A stretch of 64,000 nt of DNA from Candidatus Omnitrophota bacterium (GCA_963828495.1 CAWHFJ010000022.1:22964-86963), one strand, 5' to 3'; numbered from the stretch's first letter, positions 46,804 through 57,943 are shown. Notes: generated by a model from the sequence alone, not told the origin. Numbers and translations are program-made.

Positions 46804-48256
46804 CGAAATTGTAGAAGCCACGAAGGGCACCTTGGTGCAGGGGCCGGCCCGTGCTCGAGTGCGCTGTGTCTGCATTGATTCACGCACGATCAAAAAAGGG
46901 GAATTGTTCATTGCGGTCAAAGGGGACGTTTTTGACGGGCATGATTTTATTGATGATGTCATCGCTCGGGGTGTCCGCGTCATTATGGTGCATAAGCCGG
47001 TGGCTATCAGCAATCCTAAAATCAGCGTCATCCGTATTAAAAATACTACCCGCGCTTTGGGGGACATCGCCCGTTTCCATCGTTTGCGTTTTAAGGTGCC
47101 GGTGGTCGCTTTGACCGGAAGTGCCGGCAAGACCACGACCAAGGAAATGATCTTTGCTGTTTTAAGCCGTAAATATAAGGTCTTAAAAAATGAAGGGACC
47201 CAGAATAATCATATCGGCGTTCCGTTGACCTTGCTTAAGTTAAAGCCTCATCACAGCATAGTTGTTTTGGAATGCGGTACGAATCAGCCTGGGGACATCG
47301 GTTGGTTGGCCGACGTGGCGCGCCCACAGGTGGCGATCATGACCAATATCGGCGAATCGCACTTGGAAAAATTAAAGACCCCCGGGGGTGTTTTAAAAGA
47401 AAAATGGACCCTGACCTCTTTTATGGGGCATCGAGATACGGTTGTTCTTAATGCCGATGATCCGCTTTTATCCGGTAAAATCCGTCAAAGGCATCCTTTT
47501 AAAATTATGACTTATGGGACTAAGCCACCAGCCCGCTGGCGGGCATCGGGGGTCAGGGTCCATGCGGGCCGTTATCTGCGTTTTATGGTAAACGGTCCTC
47601 ATGGTCGTATTGACCGACACTCACAGTTGTTCGCCGGACACTCCGTCCTCTTACCGGACACTCGCCATAGCTCGCAGTTGTTCGGGAAAAGTGTTGAATT
47701 GAATTCCTGTGGGGTTGATAATGTTTATAACGCTATGGCAGCATTTGTCTGCGGCGTATTTTTTAAAGTGCCTGTGGCGGATATTGTCCGAACGCTCAAA
47801 ACTTTTGAATTTCCTCAAGGGCGAGGGCAAATTGTCCGTTTAGGCAAAGGGTGGCTGGTCAATGATACGTATAATGCCAATCCGGTGTCCATGAGATTGG
47901 CTTTGCAAACCCTGCAGACCATTGAAACTCAGGGGCAAAGGATATTGGTCGCGGCCAATATGCTGGAATTAGGCAGTCGCTCGCCAGCATTGCACCGTCA
48001 GCTGGGCACGATTATTGCCGCGGGGAATACGGATGTTTTGATCACCGTGGGCCATTTGGCCCGGCTGATGGCCACACAAGTACAGCGGCGCAATAAAAAA
48101 ATCCGGGTATTTGCTTGCAAGGATGTTGAGTCTGCGCAAAAATGTTTGACAAAAGTTTTTCATAACGGGGATGCTGTCTTGATTAAAGGTTCCCGGCGGA
48201 TGAGGATGGAACAAGTGGCTGAATTCTTATTGGCCTCACCTAAAGGAGGGATTTAA
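46790..48256 (+). CDS. murF: UDP-N-acetylmuramoyl-tripeptide--D-alanyl-D-alanine ligase
   Basis: 488 aa. ALTGSAGKTTTKEM P-loop, ...NDTYNANP. Contains an apparent insertion of about 29 aa at 47606-47692. Confidence 0.9.
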   Translation: MFTISEIVEATKGTLVQGPARARVRCVCIDSRTIKKGELFIAVKGDVFDGHDFIDDVIARGVRVIMVHKPVAISNPKISVIRIKNTTRALGDIARFHRLRFKVPVVALTGSAGKTTTKEMIFAVLSRKYKVLKNEGTQNNHIGVPLTLLKLKPHHSIVVLECGTNQPGDIGWLADVARPQVAIMTNIGESHLEKLKTPGGVLKEKWTLTSFMGHRDTVVLNADDPLLSGKIRQRHPFKIMTYGTKPPARWRASGVRVHAGRYLRFMVNGPHGRIDRHSQLFAGHSVLLPDTRHSSQLFGKSVELNSCGVDNVYNAMAAFVCGVFFKVPVADIVRTLKTFEFPQGRGQIVRLGKGWLVNDTYNANPVSMRLALQTLQTIETQGQRILVAANMLELGSRSPALHRQLGTIIAAGNTDVLITVGHLARLMATQVQRRNKKIRVFACKDVESAQKCLTKVFHNGDAVLIKGSRRMRMEQVAEFLLASPKGGI

Positions 48257-48262
48257 GTCTAT

Positions 48263-49351
48263 ATGTTTTATTTTTTAACACAGTGGGCTCCTCATTTCAC
48301 CTATTTTAATATTTTTCGTTATATCACCTTTCGCGCCGGCATGGCCGCGGTCACGGCTTTTTTGCTGTGCATGATATTCGGGCCTATCTTTATTAATTTA
48401 TCTAAAGAACGCCGTATTCGTGAATTAGCCAAACGTCAGGACGCTCCGGGCTTAGACCAGTTTCAGGTTAAAAAAGAAGGCACCCCCACCATGGGCGGGG
48501 TCTTTATCGTCGGAAGCATTTTGCTCTCGGTGGGCTTATGGGGTAATTGGTCTAATATGTTTATTATCATGACGTCTTGGGTGTGTCTCGCTTTAGCTGT
48601 AGTGGGAGGTGTCGATGATTATGTGAAGTTAAAAGGCATCGGCTCCCACCGCGGCATTTCTGTCCGTGCTAAATTTTTTTGGCAGGTCCTGATTGCTTTT
48701 ATTGTCGGGATCTTCGTGTATTTATATCCGGACATCACGACCAATCTGGATGTGCCGTTTTTTAAGAATCTGATCATCAATGTGGGGCCGTTTTTTGTGT
48801 TTTGGGTCGTTTTAGTGGTGGTCGGTTCTTGTAATGCCGTTAATCTGACCGACGGTCTTGATGGTTTGGCTATTGGGAGCACTTTGATGGTCGCTTTTAC
48901 CCTGGGGGCTTTAAGTTATGTGACGGGCAACGTGCGTATGAGCGAGTATTTGTTTATTCCCCATGTGCCGGGCTCAGGTGAATTGACCGTGTTCTGTGCT
49001 GCCATCGTCGGATCAAGTCTGGGGTTTTTATGGTTTAATTGTTATCCGGCCACTGTTTTTATGGGCGATGTGGGGTCTTTGGCGTTAGGCGGCAGTTTGG
49101 GCATGGTTGCTGTTTTAATCAAAAAGGAATTGTGGCTGATGGTTTTAGGCGGGGTTTTTGTCATTGAAGCCGGGTCAGTGATCCTGCAGGTGTTGTCTTT
49201 TAAATTGACCGGCAAGCGTATTTTTAAAATGTCACCGTTCCATCACCATTTGCAATTATCAGGCTGGAATGAAAATAAAATTATCGTCCGTTTCTGGATT
49301 CTGGCCATCATACTGGCGATGCTGACGTTGACGACGTTGAAAATCCGGTAA
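48263..49351 (+). CDS. mraY: phospho-N-acetylmuramoyl-pentapeptide transferase
   Basis: 362 aa. ...K.GTPTMGG..., NAVNLTDGLDGLA, ...MGDVGSLALGG..., HHH. Confidence 0.95.
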   Translation: MFYFLTQWAPHFTYFNIFRYITFRAGMAAVTAFLLCMIFGPIFINLSKERRIRELAKRQDAPGLDQFQVKKEGTPTMGGVFIVGSILLSVGLWGNWSNMFIIMTSWVCLALAVVGGVDDYVKLKGIGSHRGISVRAKFFWQVLIAFIVGIFVYLYPDITTNLDVPFFKNLIINVGPFFVFWVVLVVVGSCNAVNLTDGLDGLAIGSTLMVAFTLGALSYVTGNVRMSEYLFIPHVPGSGELTVFCAAIVGSSLGFLWFNCYPATVFMGDVGSLALGGSLGMVAVLIKKELWLMVLGGVFVIEAGSVILQVLSFKLTGKRIFKMSPFHHHLQLSGWNENKIIVRFWILAIILAMLTLTTLKIR

Positions 49352-49352
49352 C

Positions 49353-50633
49353 ATGTCTTTTAATCTTAAGAACAAAAAAGTAACCATCATCGGCGCGGCG
49401 AGAAGCGGGATTGCTGTGGCTAATGCTGTTTTACGGCTGGGAGGGCATCCTAAGATTTCGGAGAATAAACCGCTGGATGGGTTTAGTCCTCAGCTTAAAG
49501 AATTATCTGAGCCTGCCGGTGTGACCGTTGAAGCCGGGGGGCATACCCAGGACTTTTATTCAAGATAGTGATTATGTGGTGTTGAGTCCCGGCGTGCGTC
49601 TTGATGCTTCACCGGTCGTGTGGGCCAGAACAGCGCGGTATTGAAGTCATGGGTGAGGTGGAATTGGCGTTTCGTTTATGCCCATGCCCTGTGGTGGCTG
49701 TCACCGGCAGTAATGGAAAGACAACGACATCAACCGTCATTGCGGAAATTCTTAAATACGCGGGGCGCCCCGTGTGCTTATGCGGTAACATCGGCAGTCC
49801 ATTTTCCAAGCACGTGCTGGATTTAAAACCCACGGACACGGTGGTTTTGGAAATCAGTTCTTTTCAATTAGAGAGCACCATTCATTTTAAGCCGCATGTG
49901 GCGGTATGGACGAATTTTAGTCAGAACCATTTAGACCGGCATAAGGATTTGGAAGAATATTTTCAGGCCAAATGCAAGATTTTTGCGAATCAGGATAGCG
50001 CAGGATTTCGCTGTTCTTAATTATTTTAGATCCTTGAGCTCTAAGACAGTGGCGGGAGCAAATTAAAGGCTCAGGTGCGTTTTTTTAATAGACCTGATAA
50101 GCCGGCGGGAGTGGATAATCCGAATTATTTGGCAGCGATGGAGGCGGCCCAGGCCTTGGGCATTAGCGATGAAATTTGTTTTAAGACATTTGCGGCATTT
50201 AAAGGGGTGGAACATCGCCTGGAATTCGTGCGTCGATTTAAAGGGTGTGGATTTTATTAATGATTCTAAATCAACGACGGTGGAAGCCGGGCGATGGGCC
50301 TTGGAGCGGGCCGCAAAGCCAATGGTGATGATTTGCGGGGGATTAGACAAGCATTTGGATTATTCGCCTTTAAAATCTTTGGTGGCCCAAAAAGTCAGAC
50401 ATATGATTGCCATCGGCCAGGCGCGTGACATTATGAAATCAACATTTGGTGATGTCGTGCCGTGGATACCGTGAATTCTTTACAAGAAGCGGTTAAGGCT
50501 GCGCGCAGGACGCCAGATCAGGCGAATGCGTATTACTGTCCCCGATGTGCGCCAGTTTTGATATGTTTAAAGATTATGAACACAGGGGAGGGTGTTTAAA
50601 GAAATTGTTAATAGTTTAAAGGGGCACACGTAA
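49353..50633 (+). pseudogene. murD: UDP-N-acetylmuramoylalanine--D-glutamate ligase MurD, frame-disrupted (at least 4 shifts)
   Basis: KKVTIIGAARSGIA (49353-49568), VAVTGSNGKTTT P-loop (49601-20), ...FKGVEHRLEFV... (50075-260), ...INDSKSTT... (50169-474). The tail ...[19 protein letters not shown]... ends at the TAA stop at 50631-50633. Confidence 0.85.
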
Positions 50634-50637
50634 TAAT

Positions 50638-51728
50638 ATGCGTGAACAACGGGTTGCTTTAACGATGACTGTGTTGACCTTGATTTGTGTGGGCATTGTG
50701 ATGATTTACTCTGCCAGCTGTGTCAATGCCATGCAAACTTATGGTGACAGCCTGTATTATCTCAAACGCCATATGCTATTTTTGGTTTTGGGTCTAGTGG
50801 CCTCTTTTTTTATTTTACGTCTTTGATTATCGTCAGATCCAACCGCATGCCCGCCTCTTGATAGGGATAAGTGTTGTCCTTTTAGTTCTGGTTTTGATCC
50901 CGCATATCGGTCGTGAAAGCTACGGGGCCCGCCGGTGGTTTAAGATCGGGGTTTTTCATTTTCAGCCCTCCGAAATGGCTAAGCTCGCGATGATCATTTA
51001 CACCGCGGATTTTTTGGACCGCAAACAGCAGGTCATTAAGAGTTTTAAGAACGGGTTTTTGCCGCCGCTTTTAGTGATGGGCTTGGTCTGTGCCTTGACC
51101 GTGAAACAGCCGGATTTGGGGACGACCGTTGAAATCGCCGTGGTGACATTGACGCATGTTGTTTTTGGCCGGTGCCAGGCTTTGGCATTTGGCGCTTATT
51201 TTTTGTTCGGCCGTCCCTTTGGTGGCTTATTTAATTGTCAAAGAACCTTATCGTGTGGCGCGTATCATTGCTTTTTTGGATCCCTGGCAAGACAGCCAGG
51301 GTATCGGTTTTCAATTGACCCAGTCACAAATTGCTTTGGGGTCCGGCGGTATTTTCGGCATCGGTCTGGGGCATAGTCAGCAAAAACTTTTTTATCTGCC
51401 GGCGGCGCATACGGATTTTATCCTCTCGATCATCGGTGAGGAATTGGGATTGATAGGCACATTGTCGGTTATTTGTCTTTTTGGTATTTTTATCTGGCAG
51501 GGCACCCGCATTGTCCGTCAGACTAATCATGCTTTCGGGTATTTTTTAGGGATGGGGATCGTTATGATGATGGGACTTCAGGCTGTGGTCAATGTGGGGG
51601 TGAGCATAGGCGCTTTTCCCACCAAAGGCCTGCCTTTGCCGTTTATCAGTTACGGCGGTTCAGCTTTGATTTTTTACTTAATAGCCATTGCTTTGTTGTT
51701 AAATATTTCTAAGACTCAGGATTATTAA
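50638..51728 (+). pseudogene. ftsW: peptidoglycan glycosyltransferase FtsW (SEDS family), frame-disrupted (at least 2 shifts)
   Basis: Three ORFs (50638-826, 50858-1376, 51156-1728) join into SEDS text: ...MIYSAS..., ...RRWF.IG...FQPSE.AKLA..., ...LPAAHTDFI.S.IGEELG..G..., ...KGLPLPFISYGGS. Confidence 0.85.
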
Positions 51729-52792
51729 TGAATGTACTGATCGCGACCGGAGGCACGGGCGGGCATATTTTTCCGGCCATCCAGACAGCTAAAGCCTTGA
51801 AGGTCAGAGGACATACAGTCACCTTTGCCGGGGTTTTGGGACGTTCAGAGGATAAAATCAGGGCTTTGGGTTTTCCTTTCTATTCTTTGGCGGCCCATGG
51901 TCTTGATGACCGTTCTTTTAAGGGTTGGCTTGAATTTGTGACAATGATGTCAGGGGCGGTATGCCGTTCTTTTGACGTCGTACACAAAAGCGCACCGGAT
52001 AAAATCATCGGTTTCGGCAGCTATGGGGCATTTCCTGTGGTCATGGCGGGAATTTTAATGCGACGGCCGACGATGATCCATGAACAAAATGTTGTTCCGG
52101 GGCGTGCCAATATTTTTCTTTCGAAGTTTGTTAAAAAAGTGGCGATCAGTTTTGAAGCCAGCCGCAAATATTTTAGTCGGGCAAAAGCCGTGTGGACCGG
52201 CTGCCCTTGTCACAGCAGTGTTGTGATTAGTCAGCCGGAGGCGCGCGCGAGGTTTAACCTTGCCCCGGATAAAAAAATTTTGCTGCTTTTAGGCGGGAGC
52301 CAGGGCAGTCAGAAATTAAATGAAGTATTTTACCAACTGATGGAGGGCCTGCCTGCTGTTAATTTTCAGGCCATTCATATGACCGGCCCCAAGGAGTATA
52401 CATTGTATCAAGAGCGTTACAGTAAAGCTCATTTACCGGTTGTGGTGTATGCGTTTATTGATGATATCAGTCAGGCCTATGCCGCAGCGGATGTGGTCAT
52501 TGCCCGTGCGGGCGCGGCGACCGTTACCGAATTGGGTCTCTTGGGGTTAGCGGCTGTTTTGGTCCCGTATCCTTTTGCCGGTAACCATCAAAAATATAAC
52601 GCAGATGTTTTAGCGGCCTGTGGGGCTGCTATTGTTATTGAGCAGAAAAATTTGACCAAAGATTCATTGCAAGAGGCTGTCAGGCGCCTGCTCAAGGGTG
52701 ACACCTCAAGAAAAGATTTACAGACCAAGACCAGAGGGTTATTGCAAGAGGATGCGGCACGGCAATTGGCTTTAGTCGCGGAAGGATTATGA
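51728..52792 (+). CDS. murG: undecaprenyldiphospho-muramoylpentapeptide beta-N-acetylglucosaminyltransferase
   Basis: 354 aa. IATGGTGGHIFPA..., ...ARAGA.TV.EL. Confidence 0.9.
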   Translation: MNVLIATGGTGGHIFPAIQTAKALKVRGHTVTFAGVLGRSEDKIRALGFPFYSLAAHGLDDRSFKGWLEFVTMMSGAVCRSFDVVHKSAPDKIIGFGSYGAFPVVMAGILMRRPTMIHEQNVVPGRANIFLSKFVKKVAISFEASRKYFSRAKAVWTGCPCHSSVVISQPEARARFNLAPDKKILLLLGGSQGSQKLNEVFYQLMEGLPAVNFQAIHMTGPKEYTLYQERYSKAHLPVVVYAFIDDISQAYAAADVVIARAGAATVTELGLLGLAAVLVPYPFAGNHQKYNADVLAACGAAIVIEQKNLTKDSLQEAVRRLLKGDTSRKDLQTKTRGLLQEDAARQLALVAEGL

Positions 52793-53589
52793 GAAATACG
52801 GAAAAAATAATGCCGCCTTTGCTATGTATGGGGATGTTGGTATTCATCCATCCTTCATTCGCGGATGTGGTTGAAGACCACTGGCAGCAAATGCAGGGAG
52901 AGGATTTTATCGTTTATTACCGTGCCGATGTCCCCGAAGATTTTGTCCAAACTACGATGGATTGCGCTGAAGATGAATTCAAGAGGGTCACGGATAATTT
53001 AGGCATGACCCGCTATGAACACTGGTCTTTGGACAAGCGGGCCTCTATTTATATTTACAGCGACCAGGAAGATTTTGTTAAAAATGCTCATCAGGCCCTC
53101 TGGTCGCACGGGGTTGCTTTTGCGCGCGCCAAGGTGATTAAAACATTTCCGGAGGCCCAAGGGTTCTTTGATTCGATCCTGCCGCATGAGTTGGGGCATA
53201 TTATTTTTAGAGAATTGGTAGGGACGACGATCAATATACCTTTATGGTTTGAAGAAGGGGTGGCCGTGTACCAGGAAAAAGCTAAACGTTTGGGGGCCAA
53301 AAAAGCAGTTAAAGAGGCCATTGAAAATGGTCAATTTATTCCTTTATCTAAACTGTCACATATGCGATTATATATAAATTCCCAGCAAGAGCTGGTGCAA
53401 CTGTTTTATGCCGAATCTGCCAGTCTTGTCTATTTTATGATTACGGAATTAGGCGAGGCGCCATTTTTTATGTTTTGCCGTGAACTTAAAAATAATACGC
53501 CTTTTGATAAGGCGTTGGAAAAAGTGTATGCGAGATTTAAGAATTTAGACGAGTTGAATCAGGCCTGGGTTGATTATTTGCAGGGGTAG
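52789..53589 (+). CDS. secreted HExxH metallopeptidase-like protein (peptidase-MA-like)
   Basis: 266 aa. Signal-like N-terminus ...LLCMGMLVFIHPSFA/D. ILPHELGHIIF followed by WFEEGVAVYQE (HExxH plus a downstream Glu). Its start overlaps the murG stop codon. Confidence 0.45.
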   Translation: MRNTEKIMPPLLCMGMLVFIHPSFADVVEDHWQQMQGEDFIVYYRADVPEDFVQTTMDCAEDEFKRVTDNLGMTRYEHWSLDKRASIYIYSDQEDFVKNAHQALWSHGVAFARAKVIKTFPEAQGFFDSILPHELGHIIFRELVGTTINIPLWFEEGVAVYQEKAKRLGAKKAVKEAIENGQFIPLSKLSHMRLYINSQQELVQLFYAESASLVYFMITELGEAPFFMFCRELKNNTPFDKALEKVYARFKNLDELNQAWVDYLQG

Positions 53590-53594
53590 AGGTC

Positions 53595-54978
53595 ATGGGC
53601 AAACATTATCATTTGATCGGTATCGGCGGCATCGGTATGGGGACGTTGGCGTTCTCTCTTTTGGCCAAAGGGCATACGGTCAGCGGTTCTGATTTGAAGG
53701 ACAATGAATTAACGGCAGAGCTTCGTAAAAGAGGAGCGCACATCGTCATCGGCCATCATACCAGCAATGTCAAGGGCGCGGATTATGTGGTTTATTCATC
53801 GGCTGTCCGTGTTAATAATTCTGAACTGATTGAAGCGGTCAGCCGCAATATGGTGGTCTTACGCCGGGCCGAGGTATTGGCCCAGTTGGTCAATGAACAA
53901 ATGGGGATTACCATTGCCGGAGCGCACGGTAAGACCACGACCACCTCTATGGTTTCAAGCCTCCTGATTAATGCCGGCCTTCACCCCACTACTGCTATCG
54001 GAGGGATCATCAACGGGGAGGCTTACAATGCCAATTTAGGGGAGGGGAAATATTTTGTCGCTGAAGTGGATGAGAGCGACGGCACCTTTCTTTATTTTAA
54101 GGCGCATTATTCGATTATTACTAACATGGATTTTGAGCATGTGGATTTTTATAAAAATTGGGAGGCCATCACCGACGCGTATGCCAAATTTATCCGGTGT
54201 ACGGCCAAAGGCGGGAAGGTGATTGTCTGCGGGGAAGATACCAGACTGCTGGGGCTTGTGCGCGCGCAAAATGTGTCCGCGATCAGTTATGGCCTTAGTG
54301 ATCGGCAGGATGTGTATGCCACTGCTATTGAAAGTCAAGGATTTCATTCTTCTTTTGCTTGCCATACCCGTCGTGGCAAGTTGGGAGACTTCGAGCTTAA
54401 TGTCCCGGGGCGTCATAATATTCTAAACGCCCTGGCCTGTATTACTTTAGGCTTAGAGTTGGGTATTTCTAACCAAGTCATGCATAAGACACTTAAAAAT
54501 TTTACAGGAGTCAAACGCCGTTTTCAATTGAAGGGGCGTGTGGATGATGTGATGGTGGTTGATGATTACGGCCATCATCCGGCTGAAATCGAGGCGACAC
54601 TAAAGGCCGCCCGTTTATTTGGGCCCAAACGTCTGATTGTGGTGTTTCAACCTCATCGGTATTCCAGGACCAAATTTCTTTTGAATGAAATTGCCGAAAG
54701 CCTTAAGAGCTCTCGATCAATTGATATTGACGGATATTTATTCAGCAGGCGAGAAGATTTCCCAGGGAGTGGGGGTGAGGGCATTACTTGAAAAAGTGGA
54801 AGCTGTTTTGGGGCCCAAAGTTACTTTCCTCAAAAAAGAAGATATTCTAAAACATTTACAGACCCTTGTGTGCTGTGGGGACATGGTCCTTTTTTTAGGG
54901 GCCGGAGATATTTATCATCTGTCGGACGAACTGGTTAAAAATTTAAAGACAATAAAGCATCTGGAGGAAGTTTCATGA
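53595..54978 (+). pseudogene. murC: UDP-N-acetylmuramate--L-alanine ligase MurC, frame-disrupted (1 shift at about 54690-54790)
   Basis: HLIGIGGIGM, GAHGKTTTTSM P-loop, DDYGHHP (53595-54791). The C-terminus ...LILTDIYSAGE... lies in the 54685-54978 frame. Confidence 0.85.
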
Positions 54979-55955
54979 GTCAATATAACTTCGGGACCAT
55001 AGGGGTGTTAATGGGCGGGTATTCCTCGGAGAGGGAGATTTCTTTGCGTTCCGGTGGGGCTGTGGCGGATGCTTTAGCACAAGAAGGTTATCGTGTGAAG
55101 ATTTTGGATATACTTAGCGATGATGTCCCCCGCATTATCCGGCAAATACAAGAAACGCCGCTGGATATTGCTTTCATAGCTTTGCACGGCCGCCTGGGAG
55201 AGGATGGGGTCATTCAGGGTATTTTGGAAAATCTCGATATTCCTTATACCGGCTCAGGAGTAAGGGCAAGTCAAATGGCTTTTAATAAAATTTTGACCCA
55301 AAAGGCCTTACAATCAGCCGGTTTGCCTGTGGCAGAGAATTATTTCATTACCGACGGTAAGGATGTGGATTTTAAAACGGTATGGGGCTGTTTAAAATCG
55401 ACACCCGTCGTGGTTAAGCCCGCGTGCGAAGGCTCAAGCATCGGTGTCCATATAGTACGCCACCCCTCCGAGTGGGACGCAGCGTTCAAAGATGCGTTAG
55501 GTTACGGGCCGCAGGTTATCGTTGAACAGTTTATTAAAGGCCGTGAATTCACCGCCGGGCTTTTTGACGGGGAGGCTTTGCCTTTGGTGGAAATTTGTCC
55601 TCAAGAGAATTTTTTTACCTTTACCGCTAAATATCAAAAAGGGGCCACTCGCTATATATGCCCGGCGGACATTGCTGAGGGTTTGACTAAAGACATTCAA
55701 GCCGTGTCACGGCGTGCGTATGAAGTTTTGGGTTGTGAAGGGTTTGCCCGGGTCGATTTACGTGTGGATGACAATGAGCAACCTTTCATTTTGGAAGTCA
55801 ATACCATTCCTGGCTTTACCGGGACAAGCCTTTTTCCCAAAGCCGCCCATGCGGCGGGGTATAGCTTTCTGCAAGTGTGTGAAAAACTTTTAGACCTGGC
55901 GTATGGCAAAAAAATCCGGCAGTTAATATATCCACCATTGCGGTCCTCCGCGTGA
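54975..55955 (+). CDS. ddl: D-alanine--D-alanine ligase
   Basis: 326 aa. GVLMGGYSSEREISL.SG..., ALHG..GEDG..QG.LE, ATP-grasp ...EVNT.PG.T..S..P. Confidence 0.9.
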   Translation: MSQYNFGTIGVLMGGYSSEREISLRSGGAVADALAQEGYRVKILDILSDDVPRIIRQIQETPLDIAFIALHGRLGEDGVIQGILENLDIPYTGSGVRASQMAFNKILTQKALQSAGLPVAENYFITDGKDVDFKTVWGCLKSTPVVVKPACEGSSIGVHIVRHPSEWDAAFKDALGYGPQVIVEQFIKGREFTAGLFDGEALPLVEICPQENFFTFTAKYQKGATRYICPADIAEGLTKDIQAVSRRAYEVLGCEGFARVDLRVDDNEQPFILEVNTIPGFTGTSLFPKAAHAAGYSFLQVCEKLLDLAYGKKIRQLIYPPLRSSA

Positions 55956-56670
55956 TTGTTTTTTTATTCATGGGTTTGGTCTTTTTTACGCTTTGGGTCA
56001 ATACCATTGAGTTCCTGACGAGTTCCCCGTTGTTTGCCGTCAAAGATGTGATGATCGATAAATCCATTCAGTTTATCAATTTGCGCGCATTAAAACAGCT
56101 TAAAGGGAGCAATATTTTTAAGATTGATATTAAGAAACTTGATCGTCAAATCACCCAAGAGTATCCCTATATTGCTCAATTAAGGGTGGTGCGCCAATTG
56201 CCGGATCGCATCATGATTTTGGCTAAAAAAAGAGAACCTTTAATGCAGATTTATTTTAAAGGGAAATTTTTGTTAGTGGACAAGGAAGGGGTGGCGCTGT
56301 ATTATTCCGCGCAGCCGGCAGACTTGCCGCAGGTGCACGGCATTCCTCTGGAAAGAAACTGGCCGGTTTTGGGAGAACATATTCACACAAAGAGCTGACA
56401 GAGGCGCTGGAGATCCTTAATAGTTTTAAGCTTTCTGTTTATTTAAAACGATGGCAACTGACTGCCATGGAAGTAGGCAATCTTTCGAGGATCGATATGA
56501 CGACACGTGAGAATATGCATGTCATCCTTGACCAGGATGATACAAAGGATAAGATAGAGTTATTGCAGATGTTAATAGCCGGCAATAAAATTGATCTCAA
56601 CAAGGTCAAATATATTGATTTACGTTTTAAGGAGCCCGTGATCGCCAACGAATCTTACAGATGTCCCTAA
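55952..56670 (+). pseudogene. ftsQ: cell division protein FtsQ (POTRA), frame-disrupted
   Basis: GTG start overlapping the ddl stop codon. TM segment plus POTRA domain (55952-56398). The C-terminal part ...KYIDLRFKEPVI lies in the 56467-56670 frame. Confidence 0.7.
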
Positions 56671-56680
56671 GGAATGATGT

Positions 56681-57943
56681 ATGCTTAAAAAAATGAAACA
56701 ATTGGCCCGTATGCCGGGCACGCGTAGTCGTTCGCCATATTTTTGCGGCCTGGATTTAGGTACGCATACGATGAAGGCGAGCATAGTCCGCGCCAAAGAC
56801 GAGGAGAACCTGGATTTGCTGGGCGTTTTTGACACCCGGGCGTCTGGTTTTAAGGAAGCGTCTATTAGCGATATTACGGAATTGGCGGATTGCATTAATC
56901 GCACTATCCAGGGAGTTATGCAAAAGACCGGTGTGCGTGTGCATGCGGTACAATTGGGAATCAGCGGTAATATTTTGACAGCCCGTCGCACATCTTCTGT
57001 TATCCCTTTGATCGACAGCGGGACTAAGGTGATTTCCCAATTCGATTTACGTAAAGTCAACCATCAGGCCAAGCTGTTGGGGGTCAGTTTAGAAGAAGAA
57101 GTCATCCATGACTTTCCCCAATGGTATAAAGTCGATGATGTGAACTCTTCGATTAATCCCACGGGTTTGATCGGCCGTAAAATAGAATCCAGTCTTTTAT
57201 TATTGACGGCCAATACGTTGCGGGTGCGCAATTTAACCAAAGCGGTGCATCAGGCCGGTTTTGAGGTCAGCCATGTCGCTTTTAGCGGTTTCGCGGCCAG
57301 TGACGTGGCCATAGGTCCCCAAGATAGACAGCAAGGCTGCGCTTTGATGGATATCGGCGCCGATATTACCAGTGTGATATTTTTTAAAAATGGCATTGTA
57401 GGGGATGTGCAGTTTATTCCCTGGGGAGGCAATTATGTCACCCAGAACATTGCCCAACGTTTGAGTCTGACCGTTGATTTGGCCGAAGAGATCAAAAAAA
57501 CGCACGCGGTGGCCATTCAAAGTAATCCCCAGCAGGTCCACGGCGAGATTTTAGTTAAACGGGAGAAAGGGTACATCCCTATCCGTCGGGAATCTGTGTA
57601 TGAAGTGGTCAATTGGGAAATTGAAAATTTTCTCACCCATCTGGAAGCCGTTGTGAAGGGGTCCTATTTGTATCATCAATTAAATAAAGGGATTGTGATG
57701 GTCGGGGGAGGCGCTTTATTGCCGGGTTTGATCGAGCGTATCGAAGAGCGGGTCAATACGACGGTGCGTATGGGGGTGGCGACCCAGGGGTTGAATAACG
57801 CGGCCATCTACGCGGCGAGTATAGGTTTGGGACGTATGCATTACTTGAAAAAGAAACAAGAGGCCATTGGCATCAAAACCCCGCGCCATCTCAAAGACAA
57901 AATCGTCACCAGTGTTAAGGAATTATGCCAGGAGTATTTTTAA
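56681..57943 (+). CDS. ftsA: cell division protein FtsA
   Basis: 420 aa, actin-like fold. GLDLGTH..K..., ...DIGA..T......G......IP.GG......IA, ...GIV.VGGGALLPG. Confidence 0.9.
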   Translation: MLKKMKQLARMPGTRSRSPYFCGLDLGTHTMKASIVRAKDEENLDLLGVFDTRASGFKEASISDITELADCINRTIQGVMQKTGVRVHAVQLGISGNILTARRTSSVIPLIDSGTKVISQFDLRKVNHQAKLLGVSLEEEVIHDFPQWYKVDDVNSSINPTGLIGRKIESSLLLLTANTLRVRNLTKAVHQAGFEVSHVAFSGFAASDVAIGPQDRQQGCALMDIGADITSVIFFKNGIVGDVQFIPWGGNYVTQNIAQRLSLTVDLAEEIKKTHAVAIQSNPQQVHGEILVKREKGYIPIRRESVYEVVNWEIENFLTHLEAVVKGSYLYHQLNKGIVMVGGGALLPGLIERIEERVNTTVRMGVATQGLNNAAIYAASIGLGRMHYLKKKQEAIGIKTPRHLKDKIVTSVKELCQEYF

